The notes under the pieces: generated by a model
Told to the model about the DNA's origin: nothing
The model's input: the letters and a program-made list of their open reading frames with translations, nothing else
The model's database searches: none
Translations under genes and position numbers: made by a program
Shown: positions 1 through 13,900 of the stretch, in pieces
How the letters are laid out: every line of letters starts with the position of its first letter
Numbering within the stretch: position 1 is the first letter of the stretch
Assembly (NCBI GenBank): GCA_030141605.1
Contig: JAQGDQ010000003.1
Span: forward strand, 2,790,001 to 2,854,000
Reading direction: 5' to 3'
From: Tubiluchus corallicola
Taxonomy: Eukaryota; Animalia; Priapulida
Length of the DNA: 64,000 bases

Positions 1-441
1 TGGCATTTTGTTACATGAGATCGACACATTAAAAATGGTTTAACAGGTTAAATGATTCAATAAACCATGCCAAAAGGCAAGAGTTGTTTAAATAAAGCCA
101 AACATTGACATACACAATTGGCAAAAGCTTGGAGAACAGGAAAACATCAAGAGACTGGACAAAGGCCACTAGGCAAAGTCAATACTAAATCAGCATTCAC
201 ATAATTTTCAACAACCATAATTTCACATAATTGGCAAAACGAACTACCAACATAGCCTGCATAAATTCAGAATGTCCGCTCTTTAATTTGAACAATTGAG
301 CAAAGTGCATTGTCGAGTCTAGCGTAGGTCTTGTTTCTAATGTTCAGATAAAAGCTCATGCCCAATGACCATACAATGAGCACTGAAAACATATAAAAAA
401 ATAGTTATAAATCATGGCACAGCAAAAACTGTGTAAGCTAC

Positions 442-3400
442 CTGTCTTCCTGTAAATCCTTGGCATATCACTCTCGTCTCTGAACTGATCATTAAATGTT
501 TTCTTGTGGATTCATAACTGCAGAACCTAACTGGCTGACCAAAAAACCGAGCTGAAAGAAATTGAAGTTGCATCACTAACACTTAGCTAAAGAAATAACG
601 AAGTCAGTTAAACAAATATTTTCATTTTACCAGCACCAAGCTTCATCAAGTATTTTGTCAGTTTTCTTTCAAAAGCAGATGCTGATTGAGACGTAATAAA
701 ATAATTTGTAATCTGAATGCAATAAAGGGAGACAGAGAAAACAAACAGTAATTATTCAAAAAGCAATCTTTTTACATTTTGTATAGTGAACAGATCAACT
801 CAAGGTTTTCTCATTCACATGATTTGATCAAGTTTTTTGTTTTAAAATGAAAACAAATTTTTGCTGCACAAGAGGAATTTGTGGTTTCTGCATGCATTTG
901 TTGAGATATATTACAAACTTCTGCATTGCTTTTTGCAACCTAAACATAATTAGACTTGTTTGTGGCAATGTTTATGCTTTCCACAGCAAGTTTATTAGCT
1001 CACTTTAAACCAAATTCTTAGTACCCATTATGTTGTTGTAAACAAATTCTCAGTACTCCCAGCAGTAACATTACAAGTGTAGTATAATTCCATGCATTTC
1101 AAAACATTTTAAGCAGATGCAACACAATTAACAAAATTATGAGATACATACTATACCAGTACACTATCATAAACTCAGAAAAAGTTTAAAATTTTGTTTG
1201 CAAGCTAGTAAAAGCAATCAATTAAAATTAAAAGAAGAATCACTTTTACAGTAATACTATGTTAATTTACATAAGACAACTATTAACTCAAACATGTATT
1301 ATTTTGTAGAAAACTTCATGTTCTGACCCATAAAATATCTCTACAATATCAGCAAAAACACCCAAATGATTATTACAAGCAGCCAGATGAACAGAAGTCC
1401 AGAATGATTTCACACTGATGCATTCAGTAAAAACAGACAAAATGAGCAATGCAAATTCAAATTGCATGTTGACTCATAGACTAGCCACATTCTGCTCAGA
1501 CTCAATAAAAGTTGGCTAGCAAACTTAATCAAGCTGTCTTGATTTTTGCTAGTGTTCCTCAAGTATCAAGGACATCAGGATGTTATGTCATATCATAATG
1601 TGGGGGGTTCCAGGGCTGCTTGGTACAAGGTGCTTGATACTTGGAAGAAGGATTTAGCATCTCAGCCACATATATGGTCACCAAGTGCAAAGCGACAGTG
1701 AGAAGAGACTATTTTTTTGGAAGACAAACAGTGAGTGTTTGTAGCTCAGTAGCTCCCAATGCAGTTTTACAAATTACTGTTATTATAAGAACATCATAGA
1801 ATCAAGACAGCACGATGCAGTATAATTTATAAGTATACAGCAGTGATAAGTCTATAAAAAAATGAAAAACAACAGGCCTTCACAGTAATCAGTTTTGCTT
1901 GCGAACACTTTTTAAAACATTAAATATTTTAATTCTGGATTTGTTAAACAATTTAGCTAACACAAATAGAACTCTCAAAAATGGCTTACCAAACAAAAGA
2001 TTTGTACTAAAAAAATTTTGGTCACAACAACAAAGTAACAGTTTGACTTACTGTACATGACAACATGGTATTACTTAGCAACGTGACATTTCTTAGCAAA
2101 TAAATAAACACTGTGCTGAGTATTATCTATATTAGTTACTGTTAATCTTATATACCAAATGCAAGGCATCCATGAAACTATTTACAGTCTTACTAGTTCT
2201 GATTACTCAGCAGTAACAGTAAAAATCTGCATTTTGCTATTAAAAGCTATTTGCAACTGTGCTACAAAATTAATTCAAATCTGCAATCTGCTCTGATCCA
2301 CAATGTTTCGGATCCGCAATCCCTCTTAGATGGCTAATTTTAATTCAAATCCGCATATCAAACCAAATTTAAAGTTTATACATGCTTATTTCACTTCTAC
2401 CCATGTTTAAGATTATGCTTATTTTAACAGATTATAATATACACCTAACAGCATGCCAATTGGTTGCAGTTGGTAATAAAACTGAAAATTACTAAATCAA
2501 TTTGAACCACAATGGAAGTGAAAAATCTCTTTCAGCAAAGCATGTGCTACTGATAACTGATATTTTGAAAAAAGCCTTACAGCTGCCGAGATCTAAACAA
2601 GTGACAAACATTAAAAATGCCTTGGTTGCTCAACGTGCTTTGACATATGCACAGTGCATTCCAGCAGAAAGACGGGAACAAATAAAATTGTGAATGTTAG
2701 CCAGATAATAACAGGAAATAAAAAAACGGGCTAAAAAGTTGAGTGCACTTCCCGCGATGCGCATGTTGTTATCTAGTATGAATTAACATTAATGAAAATT
2801 AGAATTTGTAAAGATCATATCTGCTTAATTTTTTATCCCTATCCGGGTGCGCATTCTTCCCTATTTTCGATACAAAATCCATAAGCCGATCCGATATGCA
2901 AAAACTTTCAGATCTTGGTCCGACCGTGGATCGTGGTCTGCTCATCACTGCTTCAAGCTTAAAGCTTCAGAAGACAAATAAGCCGAAAATCAGCAAATGC
3001 CAAAGCCAAGGAAAGCTACCTAGACCTAAACACTATTGCTAAATGCTCTTTCAACAAAAACACAAGTGCTTTTTCTGCTGCACAAAACCCTATGAGGCCT
3101 CATTAGGAATACACCTGCACCAAATTAATTCAACCATAACATTCTTGAAAGCTACTTGAAGGATATCAGTGTACTATAGGACGTATAAGAAAAGCATTTT
3201 ATTGAAAAGACATAAAAGCATTGTATTAAACAATTTTTAATTTCATTCATGAACATTATATTTTCAAGGTTTTAGCAGGTTTATGTTATAATTTCTGCCA
3301 TGGTTATATTTGTATAATATAAATGTCAAATATTAGTATAAACTTGATAAAGTCTGTGGAAATAAAGATCTTTGATTAATTTTCAACTTCTGTAAATATT

Positions 3401-6400
3401 CACGATTGTAATTAATATCAAATTTAAATTATAAATATATTTCATGTAATGTTGAGTCTCGCTTGTCACTGGACAAATAGTTTTATATGTTATGGTTTTG
3501 CTATTTTTTACTTGGGTGTAGAAAATGCTGAATTTGTCAATAAACTACACACACGCACGCACGCACACACACACACTCAGGGAGAAGTAGCCATAGAACA
3601 CATACTACGATTTCCAATATTAACACATGCTATTATTGCCACTAAATTCAGTTATCCGTAATTAATAATTTGATAGTCTGTGTACTTTGATATCAAGTAG
3701 ACATACGCTGCTGGTTGCTATACGTGACCTTAGATGTCCTTGAAATATGGCAATCAATGACAATAAACTTACATAGTCTAAAAGCAGTAAAAATATTCAC
3801 AAATTATGAAAGGTCATGTGCATAGGTTTGAGCAGTAAAGTTGACTCTTTGCCAGACTTAAATAATGCTTATACCATCTTAATGAGAAAAGAACATGTTT
3901 GAAAACAGAGTGAAGTTTAACAAAGCTGTGTTTCTCCTCGGCTTACAATTTCACCAAATACATTCTCTAGATAAATTAATAATTTCAAGATAACTCTAAT
4001 TCTGAAGAACACAGACTAAATTTGGGAAACTCTTTCTCTTCTATGTGTGTACAAAACAAAAAGTTTAAAAACAACAAACAAAGTTACACTTAATAATGGT
4101 TGTCCACGTAAAATTATTTATTAACTTTTTTGTAAATTGCAAGTACTTTTACTATACCTCTTCTAAAGAGAAACATGAAACTTTGATTTTTTTTCTTGCC
4201 AAATCTGTTAAAAAGCTTCAGTGCATAAAGGTGTATGTTCAACATCTGTTTCACAGTGTCACTTTTAGATAAACAATATCAGACAACTGAACAGCTGCTG
4301 CCTACCAATTTTCATCACTTCACTAAAGGGGGTAAACTGCAGCCCTACAGTCTATAATCTCTGTTTCATTGACGCTATAATGGATAGCTAATTCAATAGC
4401 CTAAAATATGATCATGAATTTAAAATCAATGCACATTTTAATTGTCTAAACTTACATGCATGCTACAGATAAATAGATGTATCCAGATGCCAGACTTTGC
4501 AAAGAGCACTACAGCTACATCAGGCACATTATTGTAGTCAGACAGCCTGTTACCTTAACATACTTGACAGACTGAACAGTTCTTTATCATTCTGTTTGGA
4601 TCTGATAAAATTAGTCTCAATTACTGAACTAAAGAACAAGAACAGGAATTACTTATAGCATCTACCTGAAACCTATCCTCCCACATTGGCAAGATTCTCA
4701 AAAAAACCACTGTATTTTTTGCATGAACAGCAGATCATTTGCTGGCAGATATATGCAAGTTAGGAAGTCCTTGCTCAAATTGGTTGGAACCGTACATTAA
4801 AAGCATCCAAATAATAACCACCAGACAATATCTACAGCTTCAAACTACATAACACTAAAAAGAGTGGGTCCACACATGTCAGTAACAATAAAAATGCACT
4901 TAGATTCAGAACAAAGCATCAAAGTTTTAAAGGACTTTGAAGATGCTGACGAAAAAAGCTTGTTTGTTACAAATATGCACATGTACACATATTAAGTAAA
5001 GCACAAAATGTGCAGGAAAATTGTGCAGCCAACAACAGCTGAACTTGAATAAGTACAATTCCTGTATAATTTTTTGCAGATATCTGCAACTAAGTTTTAC
5101 AACCACTGGAACAGTTTCCATCAGTAAGTATTTTACATACACATGATATGACCAATCATCATTTTAAGATAGCTATCCAGCCCTATTTTGCCAAAACGAA
5201 ACCTTCAGTGGTTAAATAGAAGTCCACAATATGTACATGTTTGTTGCTAGAATTCTGTCATATTCAGCTATTAGGCTGTGAATGCACTAATAACTTTTAG
5301 GGTGCATGAAACTGTAGCTTAGGTTATACCAGCCATCCCATGTACCAAATAAATTATTTATGAAACAAATGTCTGAATTTAGTTATTTTTTCAGTTTATG
5401 ACATCACCTTCACTGCTTAGTAGCTTTCCCAACCCCACGAAAACTTGGCTTCTCAGCAAAGTTCAGCTCCGACAATATTCATTACTACCGTATTTTCCCG
5501 TGTATAAGAGACCCTTTTTTGCTCAGAATTTTCACTTTAAAAATAGGGGGTCTCTTATACATGGGAGTAAGTCTTTTCAATAAGATGCATAAATTGTGAC
5601 ACTAATGATTTTAAAGAAATAAGTGCTCTACAACTGTTTTATTTCGAATAATTATAGTTTCCTTTCAATAAATCTTCTCCATGGCTAAATTCTAATGATA
5701 AAATTAATGTACCAGGTAAGTTATTATTTTTTTAAATGTCTCTTTGGTATTGGAGAGAAATCGATTGTTCTGCAGCCAATCAACGCATCTGCATAAGCTC
5801 TCTGCATGCCCGTCGACGTCATTGATACGTCGGCAGAGGTCAATGAGATGAGTCAGCCTAAGCAAGGTGTGTCGCGTTCGACTATGAAGCGGTTGTAAGC
5901 AATACAAGCATCGTGACACAGGCATTATCTCCTCGTTTTCTCTTTTCTCCAGTTCATACTAGACCATAATTCCCTATTCGCATCTAAATACTGAGCGCAA
6001 GAACCGTCAACTGTCATATAAGCCAATCTTACACACATACCACCAGCATTCTGTGAGTCGGGTGAGATACAAAACCCCCTCCTAGTAATGCCCTGAATCC
6101 AAATCTCTCACTGCAATCGGATTCCTGACCTGAGAACTTTGGCAGGTCGGCCAATGCGCTGCACAATGCCCGTTGATATTTTTGATGAGAGTGATGAGGA
6201 ATTTAATGATTTCTATGATGAATAAAGTTATTCATAACCAAAAAACTTTTTTCCAGAATTTTTGCCTAAAAATTGAAGGGGTCTCTTATACACAAGGGTC
6301 TCTTATACATGGGAAAATACGGTATATTATCAGCAACACGCTTTTGACGACAATAAAAAGATTTAACTTTTATAAAAATCATCTACAAGGACTATCTTTT

Positions 6401-8604
6401 AAGATTTTCAGCACCTTCTGATTGCCAGATGTGGAGCACGATGACTATGAAACATGGATTTAGTGGTGCATACAGATATAAATATAAACACTTGTTCAAT
6501 AATAACAATTTCTATACCGTTATCGTCAGCTACTACCTTATGAACCTCTCCAATCTTCTTAGTTTCTATACTTTGTATATAAAAAGAAGAGTGGCATGCC
6601 GTCGCTATGATCATGAACAGTGCCGCGACACATACTGCTACCATTGAGCCATTTTCTGGATTGTGCTGTCGAGACTGATCTAATCGTGACTTAAACGGCT
6701 TGGATTACATTTTTAGGCACCTTATTCCATTTGCCAACGATTGCATCGAAAATATCACTCATTTTCTGGGGACAGCTCTCTTCTTAAGTTTGTATGCATA
6801 CCTTCTAGTACCATGGTATATATGAGATGGAAACGTATTGTTAGCACCAATGTATTCAAAACTTTTAAGATATGGAAGATTTGGATTATAACCTGTCTCT
6901 TGTGTATATATTTTAAAGCACTTAACCCTAGCCTGTTGATTTTCATAGAGGTATGGTAGTCTAGCAATTGCTTGTACAAGCCTAGTGCCTCCTTGTTGAA
7001 CAGATTCAATCTTTTTTATCATGTGTTGCCTCTCTGGATTGAAAAACAACATTGTCGTAGTCCAAAATAGCCCCAACTATTGACTTGTGTAATTGAGTCA
7101 TCATGGGCCGATCTAAGAAAATTTTCACTTGACAAATAGCTTTTCTTTAATCACTAGCTTTTCTTTTAACAGCATGATGTGGTTTCGAAATTTAAGCGTC
7201 TTGTCAACAATGGTGTCCAAGTCATTTTGCTCAATGACATTTTAGTTCTTCACGGCTCTATCCTTGTGCCATTGAATATTTGCTAACTGAAACACCTGGT
7301 CCACCAATGGTTAATATTTTGCATTTGTCAATGTTAAAATTAATTTGCTATTGGTGTTTTGCAAGTGCTCATAGTCATTAAGACAACAGGCTCTATGACA
7401 TATTCCCCCATCATCTACAAATAAACTGTTACCACAGGCAAAGACTCTTAATAACTCGTTAATGCAGTTTTTAAATAGCACAGATCCTAGGACACACATA
7501 AACTCACAAACAACTGAAGTCAAGCTTGTAGGTCTGTAATCTATAACGTGATTTCTGACTGGCTACAAAATTTTGGCGATGTCTTGCATTCTTTGCCATC
7601 AGCAAGCATATAAATTGTTGCATGCTTTTTAACAAGTTATTTATTTCAAGAGAAAATGAAACACTCTTGCAAGAGCAGATAGTTTGCTAAACATATTAGA
7701 TAAGCATGCAGCTTATTTTTTACGAAATGTAACTTTATTATGTGATTGCGAGGTGTACAAGTCTAGCCCTTCAACCTGATGTTCAATGACATGAAAGCTG
7801 TATTTCACAATAGCATTCTATTTCTAAGCACTTCACTGCATTAAGCTTTCGGCAACAATCTATTTAACAGCGGAAATCACAATTTTTCAATTGAATTTTT
7901 TTGAATTAACATAACTACAGCTTTACAATAGATATTACATGATGGTACATAAAATAGATATTGCCAATAATGTATCAGTTTGTCAACTTATTAACATTAA
8001 ACAACAACATTAGATTATGTATGTTTTAGGGAGACTAAAGTAAAGAAGCCGCAGCTCATACTATTATAGGGACCACACAGAGGGCAAATGACGATGTTTA
8101 AGAAGACAATTATGACACTTTATGACCAAAATTTTGTGAATATTGAAAGCTTATAGTTAGTATGTTAGTAAAATAAATGGAGAGATTATTGCAATGGTTA
8201 TTTTTCCTGCTGTGAGGAGTATAGCACACTTATGAAAATTTCTATTTACAATAGTATTTTTTATTCTACTAGTACTACCAGTTCATGATAATTTGTGATA
8301 GGCATTCTGAGATAGGCCTGCGTGGAGTAATAAGTCAACCGACTTCGATCCGATACAAGGTATATTATGCATAAAATGACAAAATGGTATCGGAGGCACA
8401 TAATTTGAATTCGAAATTCAGTTTTAAAACATGGATCACTACATGTTTCAATAATTTCAGTTATGTATATGCTTCAAATGCAACATATTATACAGCTGCT
8501 TGCCATCCACTTCACGTACAAATGACTTACTTTTCGTCAAACTATATAATTACAAAAAAATGCATACCAGCTTGTCGAACAAACAACCTCACGGTGACCG
8601 CCAT
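442..8604 (-). CDS. SUCLG1: Succinyl-CoA ligase [ADP/GDP-forming] subunit alpha, mitochondrial; first two coding exons (gene continues beyond position 1)
   Basis: Exon 1 is 8604-8568 (ATG GCG GTC ... GCT G|gtatgc, phase 1). It joins in frame to exon 2, 551-442 (ttcag|CT ... CAG|gtagc), giving [49 protein letters not shown]. This is an Arg-rich transit peptide followed by the SUCLG1 signature (human [27 protein letters not shown]). Confidence 0.9.
5488..6322. mobile_element. Non-autonomous Tc1/mariner (pogo/Tc2-like) MITE, ~835 bp
   Basis: Terminal inverted repeats CCGTATTTTCCCGTGTATAAGAGACCC and GGGTCTCTTATACATGGGAAAATACGG are flanked by TA on both sides (5486-87, 6323-24). Extra GGGTCTCTTATACA copies lie subterminally. 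No transposase ORF. Confidence 0.9.
6750..7560 (-). mobile_element. Decayed CR1-type LINE reverse-transcriptase fragment
   Basis: ORF 6759-7076 ([22 protein letters not shown]) resembles the CR1 RT C-terminal region. An [10 protein letters not shown]-like sequence lies near 7540 on the minus strand. Many frameshifts. Confidence 0.55.
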
Positions 8605-9049
8605 TTTAAAAGGTTGTCTGTTCGGTCAGTAATTTCTTTCCTGTCAGACGCACTATCCTTTTTTTGCACATTTCGTAATTTTGGCTTGGTGCGGCCAGCT
8701 TCTAAACGAAACAGGGTAGTACAAGTGCGGTACTGATGCGAAGTAAAGTCGATATACATTGTTCAAAGCGTCAGCAGCATGTGATATAAACAGTTACACT
8801 GAAGACAGTTCAAGACAAATAAAAATGTACAAAGAAAGGTTTAGCTTAGTTTAGGTTATTCACATCTATTTGTACATAAAATGACACTCAAGAAGAAATA
8901 AAAATACAGTACAGCTACTAGCATATTACCTATTGGCACTTATTAAGATGTGCAGGAGGACACACAAAGCAAAGCTACTTACATGTGTCTATCGAATTTA
9001 AGAAACCTTATTAAATCAACATGTTCAAATCTTCTACGAAACGACTTAA

Positions 9050-9700
9050 CATTTCCAGCAGTAACTATATGGCAAATCATTTACAGAAGCAGTCAATGAG
9101 TTCCATATTGGAACAACACAATTTGAGAAAAATTCATTAAAATGTGTCTTACATGTACGTCTTACAAAGGGTTTTAATGAGTGATTACTCTTAGTTTTAT
9201 TATTTAAATATTTGGTAAAAATGTGTCCTTGTTTAAATCAACATCCTTATGCATCAAATCAGAAATTATTCATCTTTATTTTAAAGATTTAAGACTCAGA
9301 ATTTTTAATCTATGTGGATACGACTCATAATTATTTCCACATCTATTACAAATGTGTCTTGTAAATAAACCCTGAACATTTTCTACAACATCTAAAACAT
9401 CAAGTATATAAGGACTCCACATCAGAGAACAATATTCAACCAATGGTCTGACATATATTTTAGAAGCTTTTAGCAAAGAATGTTTTTGTTGCTAACAGAA
9501 AAAATTCTAAAAATCATATCAGTTGTCATGTTTGCTCTTTTGCAAATTTCAGCACAATGAGCACTAATCTTTAGGTTTTGTGATCTACTTATTCCAAAAC
9601 CTACTAGTAGTTTCAATTTCCAGATCTCGTAAATTATACACCAGGATTATTTCTAGGAATATGAAAATGTAAGAGTGTGCAGGATTTTTTAACAAAAAAT
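9050..9700 (-). mobile_element. Decayed CR1-type LINE 3' fragment
   Basis: ORF 9276-9476 YVRPLVEYCSLMWSPY...VENVQGLFTRHI...SYPHRLKILSLKSL matches the CR1 ORF2 C-terminal motif YVRPxLEYCSxVWSP...LExVQRxFT...YxxRLxxLxLxSL. Confidence 0.75.
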
Positions 9701-10391
9701 CAATAATTGGTAGTAAAATAGCGCTAAAAATTTTCATTTGTTGTCAAAACTTACAAAAAAGTAACATTATCCAATTTCTACTTTCCAACAGATAAATCGT
9801 AATAGAACAAAATAAGAATATTTCAAACTTAATGCACACAATGTAAAGAATTCAAATACATTGTACCAGAGATGTGCAAACGATAATGATAACCATGTCT
9901 TTCCCATGTCACAGTATTTTACGATACGTAAAGGGTAGACAGTAACACAAATTTTTATCAAAAAAATACAAGCTATTATTCCGTGTTGGTACAGCATTTG
10001 AGTTTTCTTATAGAGTTTGCAATGGCTGCATCAAATACTGTTTTACCTTATTTAACGGAGCAATTACATCCGTAAAGTATAAATACAATGTGTTTTTCAA
10101 ATACATGTATAGGAAGTTTGAATAAGTTCTACATTCTTCAGATGACTTATTCCACAGTTTGACACACAAACGGTTTCAGTTAATATATACAAGGTACTGA
10201 AATACGGAATTATGTATACAGCAAAGAAAATGACACGAGGGATTTCAAGTGAATTGATGACTTGACCAGTAGTTTACAGAGTAGGCACAATGTTGAGAAT
10301 TTTAAATACATATGTACAGTATAATTACAAAATTGAGAAGTACATGTTAGGAATTTTATAAATGATTCAGCCAGTTAAATTGCATACATAT

Positions 10392-10395
<4 letters not shown>

Positions 10396-10485
<90 letters not shown>

Positions 10486-10490
10486 ACACA
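10396..10490. repeat. (CA)n microsatellite, ~47 units
   Basis: Directly visible near-perfect CA run with one GA interruption. Confidence 0.98.
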
Positions 10491-10910
10491 TATATATAAT
10501 AACACTAGCGAGCATTTTTTCCATGACTTGCATCTAAAAATGCTGATGTTTAGCAATAAAAAATTGAGATAATATTGATGAATATTATTGATATATTTTT
10601 TTAAAAATCAGTATTTTCGTTTCTGTTTCTAAAATTTTGTTTTTCTGTATTTTTGTTTATAATAAAATAAAATAAAATAAATTATAAGTGTGTCATGCAG
10701 GAACTTGTCTTGCGCGTTCGAGAATCAGTCGTACATGTAGCGCCGAGTGTTCCTATATGCTTAGGCGCCAGTTGCAGACAAAGTGTGGGAGGAATATGCG
10801 ATTTTTCCGCTACCTTTAGGCAAAGTGGTTAACTAACTTTTCTAAATATTTGTGGCTAATTTTGGAAATGAAGAAAATTAGGCATATTATGAGGTGACAA
10901 AGGCTTTATC

Positions 10911-13900
10911 ATGGGAAAGGTGAAGTGTTTTGAAATAGTTTTTAATGACAACAAAACTGTATACTACCCTGGCCAGCGTGTATCTGGCAAGGTTGTTGTT
11001 GATTTGGAATCTGATATGAAAATGAGAGCCGTGCGTGTTTACATGCGTGGTTTGGCAAAAGTACACTGGACTGAATCTAGAAGTACTACCTCGCGATTAG
11101 GAACTATATACACGGAACACTATAATGCCGAAGTTGAATACTTTTTTAAACGCCAAGAGTTATTTGGATCTATGGCAGGTAATTAGAGTTCTAAAGTAAT
11201 AAAGCTAAGTCGTAACACTATCATATGACTATGTAAGTATAGTAAGTTCTCGCTTAACGACGCCTCGTTTAAGGAAGTTTCATTTTAAGGACGCTGAAAT
11301 TTTAATGGCTTTTATTCACTCAACGATGCATATTTTGTTTTAACAGTAATATTTATGTGTTTAATAATCATTTTCCTTTGCAAACTCTGTCTAGGAAAGA
11401 CACTATTACATTTCAAAAACCATGGATCACTAAAGGAATTTTAAATAGTATTAAAACCAGATCACGTCTTTACAAATCACACAAACTCTCAAATAATTTA
11501 TACAAACAAATCTACTACAAATCCTACTCAAATAAATTAAATCATGTCAAAGAATCATCAAAAAAACAATATTACACTGAAACATTGCAAAAACACAAGA
11601 ATAACATGAAAAAAACTTGGGAAACAATAAACAGTATTATAAAAACTGATCCAAAAACACGACAATCACCAAGTAAGTTAACAATAAATAATGTGGACTA
11701 TACAGATACATATGATATTGCCAGTAAACTAAATGAGTTTTTTGTAAATATAGGCCCTGACATGGCTGCCAAAATACCTAAACCTAACGTTAATTTTACT
11801 GACTTTTTAAAAAACCCTAACCCAAATTCTTTTTTCATTAATCCTATTACTGAAAATGAAACATGCACACTTTTAAACACACTTAATTCAAACAAATCAC
11901 CAGGACCACAAAATATACCAATATCTTTTTTTAAATCTGCAAGTCAAATAATTTCACCAATACTCACATTACTGTTTAATAAATCGGTTAATGCTGGAAC
12001 TTTTCCAAATATATTAAAAATAGCAAAAGTTATTCCTTTATATAAAACTGGCTCTCCACATGAACCTGGCAATTACAGACCAATATCTCTCTTATCACCA
12101 GTATCAAAAGTTTTTGAGAGGCTAATTTCCAAGAGATTATACCAGTTTGTTGTGAAAAGTAATATCCTAAGTAAATACCAGTTTGGTTTCAGAAAAAATT
12201 ATTCAACTGCCCTTGCTGTATCCGAATTAATAGACACGATCTCTCTAGACACTGACAAAAAATTACTGAATTGCGGAATATTTTTAGACTTGTCAAAAGC
12301 TTTTGATACCGTACAGCATAGTATACTAATAGCCAAATTAAACCATTATGGCATCAGAGGTCTACCTTTGCAACTAATTCAGTCATATCTAACTAACAGA
12401 AAACAATTCATATCTATTAACAATGTATCATTAGACTATGAACACATATCGTGTGGAGTGCCACAAGGCTCTAATTTAGGACCTCTTCTATTCTTAATTT
12501 ATATTAACGATCTTCTCACATGCAGCAACTTTCGAACCCGAATATTTGCCAATGACACTAATTTGTTCATGTCTGACTCCAATATAAATAATCTGCAAAA
12601 ATCTGTTAATGACGAAATGAAAAAAATAGACCTGTGGATGAGGGCAAACCAGCTATCAATTAACTACAAAAAAACCAAATTTATGATAATCAACAATAAG
12701 CAAATTAACAATGCTAATAATCCAAAATTTCATATTATAATAAACAAACACAAAATTGAAGAAACAGACAACATCAAATACTTGGGCCTACTCATTGATA
12801 ATAAATTAACATGGGAACCACATATAAAACACATAACATACAAATTAAGTCGAATTACTGGAATAATTTTAAAAGTAAGGCACTACGTTGACCAATATAT
12901 TCTGAAACTTCTATATAATTCGTTAGTTTTCCCTTATTTACAATATTCCATCTTAACATGGGGTACGTCTTTTGCATCAATTCAAAAATTAATACAGACA
13001 CAACAAAACAAAATAGTAAAACTAATAACTTTTGCTCGCAAATATGATCATGCTACACCATCGTTCGTAAAATTAGAAATTTTAAAAGTAAGAGATATTT
13101 ACAATCTTGAGTTGTTCAAATTTATGTATAAATTCAATGCTGGTTTATTACCCGAACTTTTTAGTGAATATTTCACTAATGTTTCTGATATACATTCCTA
13201 CTCCACAATAGCTGCTTCTAATGAACAGTATTTTGTGGAGAGATTTTTTACCCGACATGGTTTCAATAGCTTAAAATCACGAGGAGTTAAATTATGGAAC
13301 TCGTTGCCAAAAGATACCTTTGGAGGTAGCTTATTTTCTGCTTCCAAAAAATACACAAAATTCTTACTAAATGAATATACCTGTAATACATAACTTGTAA
13401 GACTAATAAGCAAGCTATCAAGTGTTTTTTTCTCATCTCCTAAGTAATTGTTGCTCTTTCTTATACTTACTTTTTCTCTTAAATTTTCTATATTACACTT
13501 TTTTGATTCTTATTTTATCGCTCCATACAGTCAAAATCCCCTGTCAATAAGGCCCCTATTTGAAAATATATATAATAATCATAATTACTTGTATTAATTG
13601 TATTGTTTTGTTTAGATTTAGGTGTCATCTAACTTTATTATTTCTTGTTTTCACTTATACTGTTTTCATTTATACTTTGTTTTCATTTATACTGTTTATT
13701 ATTATTATTTTTTTCCTATTTGATTTTGTTATCCGCAGTCTCACCATTTACTTTTAATATACTAATTTAATTATAAGACAGGGCAGGAGACTAGATGACC
13801 CTATGGTCCTTCCCTGCCCTGCTCCACTACTATAATTAAGTAATATTTAAAAAAGCTTGTCATGTCAAACAAATGGAGAAAATAAATGTTCTATGTCTAT

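Noticed and set aside
2270-2950. hAT-like MITE with repeated ATCCG/GATCC motifs ending CATCACTG
   Set aside because: Only one plausible terminus was found; the matching TIR and TSD could not be identified.
10356-10556. Cys-Val repeat ORF
   Set aside because: It is simply the translation of the (TG)n microsatellite.
11357-13393. RT as a retron, DGR or domesticated host gene
   Set aside because: The motifs, 5' truncation, 3' stem-loop and microsatellite tail are those of an ordinary CR1-group LINE. There is no ATG start or accessory gene.
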